Part shown: positions 47,215 through 55,925 of the stretch, piece by piece | Layout of the letters: every line of letters starts with the position of its first letter | Numbering within the stretch: position 1 is the stretch's first letter | Source of the DNA: Niabella sp. | GTDB taxonomy: Bacteria; Bacteroidota; Bacteroidia; Chitinophagales; Chitinophagaceae | NCBI GenBank assembly: GCA_027493055.1 | Contig: JAPUDO010000126.1 | Span: 11,901-75,900 of the forward strand | Length of the DNA stretch: 64,000 nt | Reading direction: 5' to 3' | The notes under the pieces: generated by a model | The model's database searches: none | Told to the model about the DNA's origin: nothing | Seen by the model: the letters and a program-made list of their open reading frames with translations, nothing else | Position numbers and translations under genes: made by a program

Positions 47215-48281
47215 ATAAAGAACAATTACAGCGGGCATTTGCCGGTAAAAAGATTTTTATCACCGGTCATACAGGATTTAAAGGCACTTGGCTAAGTCTG
47301 ATCTTAAACCTGCTTGGAGCAGAAATAAAGGGTTACGCACTTGCCCCGGAAGGTGAACAATCTATTTATAGTATAACGCAGCCATTAACCGGTGATCGAT
47401 CTGTAATTGCGGACATACGGGATAAAAGCCGTTTGACACAGGAAATTGATGATTTCAATCCTGACTATATCTTTCACCTGGCCGCGCAGCCTTTGGTACG
47501 CCGCAGTTATGAGATTCCTGCCGAAACATTTGAAGTGAATGCCATAGGCACTGCCAACCTTTTGGAGGCTTTGATCAGCATCGGCAAAAAATGCACTACT
47601 GTTGTTGTTACCACAGATAAAGTGTATGAGAACAAAGAACAGGATATTTTATACAAAGAGGAGGACCGTTTAGGAGGATATGATCCATACAGCGCCAGCA
47701 AAGCATGTACAGAAATAGTGATTGATTCTTTCAGAAATTCTTTTTTTAATACCGCCAATTATCAAAAGCATCAAAAAGCCATTGCCAGTGTAAGAGCAGG
47801 TAATGTAATAGGAGGAGGCGATTTTAGCAGGGACAGGATTATTCCTGATATTGTACAGGCATTACAGGCTAACAGAACCATTGAGGTAAGAAACCCCTAC
47901 GCCGTAAGGCCCTGGCAGCACGTATTGGAACCGTTGATGGGCTACCTGCTGCTGGCTATGAAGCTGGATGAAGATATTCAATATTCCGGAGCCTATAATT
48001 TCGGTCCCAGGCCGCAGGATCATCTGCAGGTAAAAGACCTGGTAACACATGCGGTTCAATCATGGGGCAGTGGCGAATGGGCGGATATATCCGGCAATGC
48101 GCAGCCTCACGAGGCCACTTTGCTAAAGCTGGATATTGGAAAAGCGCTACAGGTTTTACAGTGGCAGCCTAAATTAGAGGCTGCTGAGGCCATTAGCTGG
48201 ACCATTGATTGGTATAAAAGCGCCGCTATTGATGCATCTTCTTACACACAAAAACAAATAGAAACCTATTTAGCACTATGA
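47199..48281 (+). CDS. rfbG: CDP-glucose 4,6-dehydratase
   Basis: ITGHTGFKGTWL, HLAAQPLVRRSY, TTDKVY, YSASKA and RPWQHVLEP. Confidence 0.95.
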   Translation: METVVNKEQLQRAFAGKKIFITGHTGFKGTWLSLILNLLGAEIKGYALAPEGEQSIYSITQPLTGDRSVIADIRDKSRLTQEIDDFNPDYIFHLAAQPLVRRSYEIPAETFEVNAIGTANLLEALISIGKKCTTVVVTTDKVYENKEQDILYKEEDRLGGYDPYSASKACTEIVIDSFRNSFFNTANYQKHQKAIASVRAGNVIGGGDFSRDRIIPDIVQALQANRTIEVRNPYAVRPWQHVLEPLMGYLLLAMKLDEDIQYSGAYNFGPRPQDHLQVKDLVTHAVQSWGSGEWADISGNAQPHEATLLKLDIGKALQVLQWQPKLEAAEAISWTIDWYKSAAIDASSYTQKQIETYLAL

Positions 48282-48802
48282 CCTTTGAGCCCACACCTTT
48301 ACAAGGGAGCTATATCGTTACCTTATTACCCAAAGGTGATAACAGGGGTTGGTTTATGCGCAGCTTCTGCAAAAAGGAATTCGGCGCTATCGGGCATATA
48401 AAAGAATGGGTACAGATGAACCATTCTTTTACAGCAACAAAAGGTACTATAAGAGGCATGCATTTCCAGGAGGCGCCGTACCAGGAAATCAAAATGGTAA
48501 GGTGCATAGCAGGCAGTGTATTTGATGTGATCGTTGACATAAGAGCACAATCTCCTACTTACCTGCACTGGTTTGGCACAGAACTCTCCGCAGCTAATAA
48601 ACAAATGTTATACATACCCGAAGGCTTCGCACATGGATTTCAAACATTAACTGATAATGCAGAGCTGCTTTACCATCATAGCGCTTTTTATGAGCCGGGG
48701 CATGAGTCGGGCATTTTGTATAACGATCCTAAAATAAATATACGGTGGCCACTACCTGTAGCAGAGATTTCTGAACGGGATAAAAAACATCAGCCACTTT
48801 AA
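48278..48802 (+). CDS. rfbC: NDP-4-keto-6-deoxyhexose 3,5-epimerase (RmlC/RfbC cupin)
   Basis: DNRGWF, GTIRGMHFQ, DVIVDIR and IPEGFAHGFQTL. Confidence 0.92.
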   Translation: MTFEPTPLQGSYIVTLLPKGDNRGWFMRSFCKKEFGAIGHIKEWVQMNHSFTATKGTIRGMHFQEAPYQEIKMVRCIAGSVFDVIVDIRAQSPTYLHWFGTELSAANKQMLYIPEGFAHGFQTLTDNAELLYHHSAFYEPGHESGILYNDPKINIRWPLPVAEISERDKKHQPL

Positions 48803-48820
48803 TGAATATAAATTGTATCC

Positions 48821-50050
48821 ATGAATTGCAGATTTTGTAATACAACGCTTGAAGATGTTTTTATTGATTTAGGTAACTCACCGGCCTCAAATTCTTTTTT
48901 AACTGAACAGCAGCTAAATGAGCCTGAAACTTTTTATCCTTTAAAAGTTTACACCTGTAAAAAATGTTTTTTGGTACAGGTAGATGAGTATAAAAAATCT
49001 GATGCCATATTCAATAACCAATACGTTTATTTTTCATCTTATTCAACCAGCTGGCTGGCACATGCTAAAAAGTACACAGATGATATGCAGCAGCGTTTCG
49101 GGCTGGACGAAAAATCCTTTGTGGTGGAAGTAGCCAGTAATGATGGGTACCTCCTTCAGTATTTTAAAGAAAAGAACATACCGGTTTTAGGGATTGAGCC
49201 TACAGCTAATACGGCGGAAGCGGCAGCTCAGAAAGGCATTGAAAGTGTAGTGGATTTTTTTGGGGTAAGGCTGGCAAGAGAACTATCTGCAAAAGGCATA
49301 CAGGCCGACCTCCTGTTAGGCAACAATGTACTGGCGCATGTGCCGGATATTGTAGATTTTGTGGGAGGAATGAAAATATTGCTGAGAAAAGGCGGTATGA
49401 TTACTATGGAATTCCCTCATCTGCTGCAACTCTTGCAGAATAACCAATTCGATACTATTTACCATGAACATTTTTCCTACCTCTCTTTTTATACGGTAAA
49501 GCAGATTTTTGAATCGCAGGGGCTGGAAATGTTTGATGTTGAAGAGCTGTCTACTCACGGAGGCTCTTTAAGAATTTATGCAAAGCATAAGGATGACACA
49601 GCTCATACTATTACAGCACATGTACAAAATATGCTGGATAAAGAAGCAGAGGCCGGGCTTACCCATACAGAGACTTACAAAGGCTTCCAGCAAAAGGCAT
49701 TACATATAAAGCTGGAGCTGCTTGGTTTTTTAATAGAGCAGAAACGAGCTGGTAAAAAAGTAGCCGCATATGGTGCAGCCGCTAAAGGCAATACCTTATT
49801 GAATTTTTGCGGCGTGAAGAATGATCTGATCAGCTTTGTTGTGGATGCCAATCCGCATAAGCAAAACAAGTATTTACCCGCCAGCCATATACCTGTATTG
49901 AATGAGGCGGCTTTAAAATCCGCAAAGCCTGATTATGTGATCATCCTGCCCTGGAACTTAAAAGAGGAGATCGTGAATCAGCTTGAATATATTAAAGATT
50001 GGAGTGGAAAATTTGTAGCAGCTATTCCCAACCTTCAAATCATAGGATAA
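48821..50050 (+). CDS. NDP-hexose C-methyltransferase (Zn-binding, class I SAM-dependent)
   Basis: CRFC...CKKCFLVQ Zn knuckle, EVASNDGYLL, NNVLAHVPD, QFDTIYHEH, THGGSLR and YGAAAKG. Confidence 0.9.
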   Translation: MNCRFCNTTLEDVFIDLGNSPASNSFLTEQQLNEPETFYPLKVYTCKKCFLVQVDEYKKSDAIFNNQYVYFSSYSTSWLAHAKKYTDDMQQRFGLDEKSFVVEVASNDGYLLQYFKEKNIPVLGIEPTANTAEAAAQKGIESVVDFFGVRLARELSAKGIQADLLLGNNVLAHVPDIVDFVGGMKILLRKGGMITMEFPHLLQLLQNNQFDTIYHEHFSYLSFYTVKQIFESQGLEMFDVEELSTHGGSLRIYAKHKDDTAHTITAHVQNMLDKEAEAGLTHTETYKGFQQKALHIKLELLGFLIEQKRAGKKVAAYGAAAKGNTLLNFCGVKNDLISFVVDANPHKQNKYLPASHIPVLNEAALKSAKPDYVIILPWNLKEEIVNQLEYIKDWSGKFVAAIPNLQIIG

Positions 50051-50054
50051 AGCC

Positions 50055-50900
50055 ATGAAGGTATTAGTTACAGGAGCAACCGGCTTTATTGGCAGCTATG
50101 TGGTAATGGAATTACTGCAAAAAGGGCATACTGTAATCGCTACATCATTAAACAAAGAAAAAGCGCGGCAAAAGTCATGGTTTGCGCAAACGCAATACAT
50201 CCCTTTTGATATTAAAATGATCAGTGAGGTAGATGACCTCTTCGGATATTTTAACCAGCCCAATTGTGTCATTCATCTTGCATGGGAGGGACTGCCCAAT
50301 TACAGGTCGGAGCATCATTTAAAAAACAATCTTCCGCTGCACCAGCAATTCATTGAAAAACTGGTACGCGGAGGTACGCAGAATATAAATGTAACCGGCA
50401 CCTGCTTTGAGTATGGCATGCAGGAAGGTTGCCTTAGGGAAGACATGCCCGCTGTGCCTGAGAACAATTATGCAAAAGCAAAAAACGGGTTGAGGATTTT
50501 TATCGAAGACCTTCAAAAGCAGTTTCCTTGTTCGTTTAAATGGCTACGGCTCTTTTATATGTATGGAGAGGGTCAGGCGGCCAATTCATTAATACCCCAA
50601 TTGGAAGCAGCTTTGCAAAGAGGCGATGAGACATTTAATATGAGCGGTGGTGAGCAAACCCGGGATTTTATGCATGTAACAGAAGTTGCGGAAAATATCG
50701 TAAAGATCGCCTTACAGGACCGGGTAACCGGCATTATAAACATCGCTACCAACCGGCCCATAACTGTAAAACAGTTTGTTTCAGACTATATCCTGTCGAA
50801 GAATAAAACAATTCAGCTAAATTTGGGCGTTTACCCCTATCCCGATTTTGAGCCGATGCATTTTTGGGGTAACAACGAAAAATTAAAATCAATACAATAA
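50055..50900 (+). CDS. NAD-dependent sugar epimerase/4-ketoreductase (extended SDR)
   Basis: VTGATGFIG, YAKAK and RLFYMYGEGQ. Confidence 0.9.
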   Translation: MKVLVTGATGFIGSYVVMELLQKGHTVIATSLNKEKARQKSWFAQTQYIPFDIKMISEVDDLFGYFNQPNCVIHLAWEGLPNYRSEHHLKNNLPLHQQFIEKLVRGGTQNINVTGTCFEYGMQEGCLREDMPAVPENNYAKAKNGLRIFIEDLQKQFPCSFKWLRLFYMYGEGQAANSLIPQLEAALQRGDETFNMSGGEQTRDFMHVTEVAENIVKIALQDRVTGIINIATNRPITVKQFVSDYILSKNKTIQLNLGVYPYPDFEPMHFWGNNEKLKSIQ

Positions 50901-50907
50901 TAATTCA

Positions 50908-51648
50908 ATGAGTAACCCGGTACAGGAATTTGTTCAGGAATGCAAGAACAGAGTAAGCAGCTATGAAAACAATGAGGAATTACAAAATGCGGCAGCTAAA
51001 TTTAATACCGCTTCCAATAAAGCCCAGTATTCTTATAATTTTAAATGGATGGGGCGTCCGATCATCCAGTATCCGCAGGATATGATTGCTATGCAGGAGC
51101 TTATTTGGGACATACAACCCGACCTGATCATTGAAACCGGGATTGCCCATGGAGGTTCTCTTATATTTTACGCCTCTTTGCTGGAACTTATCGGAAAGGG
51201 AGAAGTACTGGGAATTGACATTGACATCCGGGAGCACAACCGAATTGAGATTGAAAAACATCCCATGTTCAAACGTATTAAAATGATCCAGGGCTCCTCA
51301 ATCGATCCGCAAACCGTGGAACAGGTAAAAGCAGCCGCAGCCGGAAAAGAAAAGATAGTAGTAGTGCTGGACTCTAATCATACGCACGAACATGTACTGG
51401 AAGAATTGCGCTACTACGCGCCGCTGGTTTCAGTGGGATCCTATATTGTGGTGTTTGACACGATCGTTGAAAACCTGCCCGACAATTATATTCCCGGTAT
51501 GAAGCGCCCCTGGGGCATAGGCGATAACCCGATGACAGCCGTAGACGCGTTTCTCAAAGAAAATGACCAGTTTGAGATCAATAAAGACATTGACAATAAA
51601 ATACTGATCAGTGTAGCGCCAGGAGGCTACCTGAAAAGAACAAAATAA
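50908..51648 (+). CDS. CmcI / cephalosporin-hydroxylase-family (putative sugar O-methyltransferase)
   Basis: YSYNFKWMGRPIIQYPQD, ETGIAHGGSL and LDSNHTHEHVLEEL. Confidence 0.88.
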   Translation: MSNPVQEFVQECKNRVSSYENNEELQNAAAKFNTASNKAQYSYNFKWMGRPIIQYPQDMIAMQELIWDIQPDLIIETGIAHGGSLIFYASLLELIGKGEVLGIDIDIREHNRIEIEKHPMFKRIKMIQGSSIDPQTVEQVKAAAAGKEKIVVVLDSNHTHEHVLEELRYYAPLVSVGSYIVVFDTIVENLPDNYIPGMKRPWGIGDNPMTAVDAFLKENDQFEINKDIDNKILISVAPGGYLKRTK

Positions 51649-51652
51649 GCTG

Positions 51653-52681
51653 TTGCTGATGGAACAACCTTTAATAAGTTTTTGTATGAGCACCTATAAG
51701 AGAGGTGAGACCCTAACAAAAACATTAAGAAGTATTCAACTACAGACATTTGCCAACTTTGAAGTCATTATTACAGATAATGATGAAGAGCAAAGCGGGA
51801 AACCCTTTGTAGCTGTGCTTAATGATCCACGCTTCAAATACTTTCCTAACAATCAAAATATGGGGATGAAGCCTAGTTTTAACAGAGCATTAAGTCTTGC
51901 CTCAGGTAAATTTATTGTGATGATTGCAGATGATGATCCGGTTTACCCCTTTATGCTCGAAACACTTGTCAGACTCAAAGATGAGTATCCAGGTTACGGT
52001 ATGTATATGGGAGGATGCGATTGGTTTTGTGAAGCACACGAAATAGCCCGATTATATAAAATGAAAGTTGGAACAAACTCCTGCTTATCCAACAATATGG
52101 ACCTGAGCGAAATAAAAGTTTACAGTTCCAGCTCCTTTTTAAAAATCCTTTTCACTTTTGGATTGTTTACTCACTTTTTATGGTCCACATGTATCGTGAA
52201 AAAAGAGCTTCTTTTGAAAATGGGCGGCGTTCCTGATTATGGCACGGCATTTCTTGGAGATTATGCCTACATGAGTATTTCATGTATGGATCAGGGTTGC
52301 GTTATCATCAATAAATCACTAGGTCAACAAACATTACATAAAGAAAATTTCGGACGAACACAAAATGAGCAGCTGCCGGTTCTTATGAGAAACTTTATCC
52401 CCTTTTTAAGTGACAGATTGAACAGTGTAAGCGATTGGCCAGAAATCAAAGTTTATATAACCAGATTTCTTGGATCCTGGATTACAGGGCATATGGCGTT
52501 TCTTTATCACTATAACAAAGAAAATTCAATTGCAGATCAGTCTTTTTATTCAATGGAAAAAGAGGTTTTAAAATATCCCGAAGTAAAACCTTTTTTAAAA
52601 AAATACCACATTAAAAAACGGTTCCCCCAACTACACGACAATATTGTACTTTTAAAGGCTTTATTTAGAAAAAAAACATAG
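51653..52681 (+). CDS. Glycosyltransferase family 2
   Basis: ISFCMSTYKR, IITDNDE and MIADDD. Confidence 0.88.
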   Translation: MLMEQPLISFCMSTYKRGETLTKTLRSIQLQTFANFEVIITDNDEEQSGKPFVAVLNDPRFKYFPNNQNMGMKPSFNRALSLASGKFIVMIADDDPVYPFMLETLVRLKDEYPGYGMYMGGCDWFCEAHEIARLYKMKVGTNSCLSNNMDLSEIKVYSSSSFLKILFTFGLFTHFLWSTCIVKKELLLKMGGVPDYGTAFLGDYAYMSISCMDQGCVIINKSLGQQTLHKENFGRTQNEQLPVLMRNFIPFLSDRLNSVSDWPEIKVYITRFLGSWITGHMAFLYHYNKENSIADQSFYSMEKEVLKYPEVKPFLKKYHIKKRFPQLHDNIVLLKALFRKKT

Positions 52682-52682
52682 A

Positions 52683-53690
52683 TTGCAACAATACACCATT
52701 ATACTACCGGTAAAAAACGGAAGCAATCACATTCAAGAATGCATTGTCAGCATTTTAAATCAAACTATTCCGGATTTTGAATTAATTATACTGGAAAACC
52801 AGAGTACCGACAATACATTAGAAATTATACACTCATTTAATGACTCAAGAATAAAAATTATTCCTTCTGAAAAGTCGTTAAGTATTGAAGATAACTGGGC
52901 GCGGATTACAAGAATCCCAAAAAAGGAATTTATAACCCTCATCGGGCACGACGACGTTTTAGAAAAGAATTATTTGGAAACCATGAGTCAATTAATCAGC
53001 AGGTTTCCGGATGCTACTCTTTTCCAAACACATTTCAGGTACATTAATGCAAATGGCAAAGAACTTAAAAAGTGCAAACCTATGCCTGAAAAAATATTCC
53101 CTGCCGAAGTCATATCCATGTTCATGACCGATAAAATAAGTCTTATGGGTACAGGGTTTATGATGCGATCAGCTCACTATGACAAAAGTGGAGGAATTCC
53201 TCCTTATCCCAAACTACTTTTTGCTGATATGGAACTATTTATAAAGTTATCCTTATTAGGTTACATGGCAGTAGCTTCAGAAGAATGTTTTTCCTATAGA
53301 ATTCATGCTTCTGCTACTACATCTGTTTCTTCTGATAAAGCATTTGTTGAAGGATTCGGGAACCTTGTGTCCTTTTTGGAATCTTTAAAGAAAATAAGCC
53401 CAGAAATAGATAATATCGTTAGCCATAATGCAGATTTTATACTTCGTACCTACTGTCAGGGTATCTCTCACAAAATATTAAAAACGCCAAAATCCAATCG
53501 AGAAACACCTTCGGTCGGTCAGATCATTGAACAATTCCGTATTTATGGCAAACGTTTAAAAGGTAATGATCTTTTTAATCCTCTTTCCTATAGAAAAATA
53601 CGCCTGGGAAAAGTCATTGACGAAACCCCCCTTTATTACCATCTTTTCCAGTTATTGAAAAAAATTTATAAAAAACCAATATTTTCATAG
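52683..53690 (+). CDS. Glycosyltransferase family 2 (TTG start)
   Basis: IILPVKNG and LIGHDDVL. Confidence 0.86.
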   Translation: MQQYTIILPVKNGSNHIQECIVSILNQTIPDFELIILENQSTDNTLEIIHSFNDSRIKIIPSEKSLSIEDNWARITRIPKKEFITLIGHDDVLEKNYLETMSQLISRFPDATLFQTHFRYINANGKELKKCKPMPEKIFPAEVISMFMTDKISLMGTGFMMRSAHYDKSGGIPPYPKLLFADMELFIKLSLLGYMAVASEECFSYRIHASATTSVSSDKAFVEGFGNLVSFLESLKKISPEIDNIVSHNADFILRTYCQGISHKILKTPKSNRETPSVGQIIEQFRIYGKRLKGNDLFNPLSYRKIRLGKVIDETPLYYHLFQLLKKIYKKPIFS

Positions 53691-53705
53691 CCTATTTCTG
53701 TGTAA

Positions 53706-54710
53706 ATGTGCTACTCCATCATTATAGTTAATTATAAAACCCCACAACTCGTTATAGATTGTGTCAGTTCCATATATAAAGACGTAGTGGCAAATAACAT
53801 AGAAATCATTGTGGTGGACAATGATTCAAACGACAACAGTAAAGATGTTATTTTATCAGCCTACCCAAACATCAGGTGGATTGAAATGAATTATAACAGT
53901 GGCTTTGCAAGAGCCAACAATGCAGGTATAAGAGCTGCTCAGGGGAACATTGTTTTGTTGCTCAACTCCGATACTCTAAACGAAGACGGAGCAATCGGTA
54001 AATGTTTTACCCGGTTTGAAAACGATGACTGTATCGCCGCCGGTGTTCAGTTACTAAACGCAGACAGAACGCCACAAATATCCGGCAACTATGTACTAAC
54101 CGGCGGACTCAATTATCTTATGGCATTGCCGTATATAGGCAGATTGATAAGAAAAGCCGGGTTACTCTTCGGAGTAAAAAAAACCAATATTGCTAATGCC
54201 ACGACAACCGCCGATGTGGATTGGATAAATGGCGCCTTTTTGATGGTAAAAAAATCAGCGATAGAGAATGCAGGATATTTAGATGAAGATTTCTTTCTTT
54301 ACTCTGAAGAAGCCGAATGGTGCAGCCGGTTAAAACGGGTTGGTAAACTTCGTATTTACGGAGACCTGCACGTGGTGCATTTAGAAGGTGGAAGCTCGGG
54401 TGATGCCTACAACTCTAAAACAAAAGGTTATCAAAATTTATCCGACAAAAAAGGTTACCAGATCATGCTCTCCAACTTTGTAAGATTTAGAAAAGAGTTC
54501 GGCTCATTCTGGTACCTGTTTCATTTGCTGATCAACATAATAACTATTGTAATAGCCTTTGTTACAGTCGTTATAAAAACACTGCTGCTCAGACCAGATA
54601 TAAGATCTGCGTGGAAAAACTGGCGGGGATATGCCGCTAATATAATACGCTCCTTACAATATTTTTTTACTATACTATCAAACAAACCTCATTTTTACAA
54701 AATATTATAG
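53706..54710 (+). CDS. Glycosyltransferase family 2 (rhamnosyltransferase-like)
   Basis: IIIVNY, VVDNDS, GFARANN, LLNSD, DWINGAF and DEDFFLYSEEAEW. Confidence 0.9.
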   Translation: MCYSIIIVNYKTPQLVIDCVSSIYKDVVANNIEIIVVDNDSNDNSKDVILSAYPNIRWIEMNYNSGFARANNAGIRAAQGNIVLLLNSDTLNEDGAIGKCFTRFENDDCIAAGVQLLNADRTPQISGNYVLTGGLNYLMALPYIGRLIRKAGLLFGVKKTNIANATTTADVDWINGAFLMVKKSAIENAGYLDEDFFLYSEEAEWCSRLKRVGKLRIYGDLHVVHLEGGSSGDAYNSKTKGYQNLSDKKGYQIMLSNFVRFRKEFGSFWYLFHLLINIITIVIAFVTVVIKTLLLRPDIRSAWKNWRGYAANIIRSLQYFFTILSNKPHFYKIL

Positions 54711-55835
54711 TGCATTAATCTTGCTTACAGCCTTCCCTGCAATATTATCCCAGCTGAAATGCTCAAAAAACGCCTGAGGTATCTCTTCTTTTGGTAAACG
54801 CAATTGCTGAACAATAGCATTGGCAAAACCGCTGCTATCACCATCGGGAATGACCGCTAAGCAATTTCCTGCTACTGCTGCGGGGATTCCATAGGCACCA
54901 GCTTTAAAGGAAACAGCAGAAGTATTAGCTCCCAAAGCCTCTACCAGCTTGGTTTTAATACCGCCGCCGTCCGTAACAGGATTAATAAAAAGATCCGCTG
55001 CTTTAAAATACAGATCTATATCTTCCACAAAACCTTTATAAATAATGTGCTGCTCTTTGTAAGCTTTTAGCTCATCGTAGCGCTCCGGCAATCGTAAACC
55101 ACAAATAACAATCCTGTAAGAAAATGAACAGGCTTTGAGCAATTCAGGATTGATCTCATTCAGTATCCTGTCAAGCGCGTCCCTGTTTGGTGCATAGTCA
55201 AGCGTACCATTAAAAAGAATGAGCTTCGTATCTGCCGGCAAGTCTAACTCTTTGCAAACCGATTGCCGGCATTGTTCTTTATCGGTTAGCGCAGGAGCTT
55301 GTGTTGCCTCAATACCATAAGTAATGACCGCGCATTTACCGGCATTTAACTTATATTCCTTTATAGCGTACTCCCGGTCTTCTTCCGTAATAAAAAAATT
55401 AAAATCGGCTGTTTGATGCGCAAATTTTTCATAGCGATACATAATGGGCCACCACCATTTACCCATCGACTTAAACCTGGCAGCTTCAATATTATGTGAA
55501 TGAAAGATCAGCTTTAGACCGCCATATTTTTTTAACAGGTACCCTAACCAGGCATAATAAGGATGCTCTATAATAACATGTTTGATCCCTCTTGTTTTAC
55601 AGGCTTTTTTTATTTTATTAAAGATAGAAAAATCAGCATAACGAGATTTTTCCCCAGTGCTGCCCAAAACATCTATAAAATCAATACCCTCTTCTTTACC
55701 AGTATTTTCAGAAACAGTAAAACAGGTTACGGGCGCATATCTGGCTACATGCTTTAAAAAATAATAAATACCCTTCTCCCCTCCCTTTATGGCAGGGATT
55801 ATTTTGTAGGGTACTATGGATGCAATGTTGCTCAA
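54705..55835 (-). CDS. Glycosyltransferase family 4
   Basis: IFHSHNIEA, FNGTLDYAPN and GGGIKTKLVEAL; likely TTG start at 55835, because the longer ORF runs into a repeat. Confidence 0.88.
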   Translation of the reverse strand: MSNIASIVPYKIIPAIKGGEKGIYYFLKHVARYAPVTCFTVSENTGKEEGIDFIDVLGSTGEKSRYADFSIFNKIKKACKTRGIKHVIIEHPYYAWLGYLLKKYGGLKLIFHSHNIEAARFKSMGKWWWPIMYRYEKFAHQTADFNFFITEEDREYAIKEYKLNAGKCAVITYGIEATQAPALTDKEQCRQSVCKELDLPADTKLILFNGTLDYAPNRDALDRILNEINPELLKACSFSYRIVICGLRLPERYDELKAYKEQHIIYKGFVEDIDLYFKAADLFINPVTDGGGIKTKLVEALGANTSAVSFKAGAYGIPAAVAGNCLAVIPDGDSSGFANAIVQQLRLPKEEIPQAFFEHFSWDNIAGKAVSKINAL

Positions 55836-55844
55836 GAACAAATA

Positions 55845-55925
55845 ACAGATGACAGTTGACCGTAGCGGCAAAGCCATCCACATTATTAATTATTAATTAT
55901 TAATTGTTAATTACTAATTGCTAAC
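55845..55925. repeat. Two heptamer arrays at the yfhO/GT4 junction
   Basis: ACAGATGACAGTTGACCG (hemC-type unit) and (ATTATTA)n at 55882-55925, which overlaps the yfhO stop. Confidence 0.75.

Noticed and set aside
55836-55883. N-terminal extensions in the ORF track (GT4, also atpF, ruvC, hemJ, yhhQ)
   Set aside because: They run into repeats or neighbouring genes; downstream starts match the family N-termini better.
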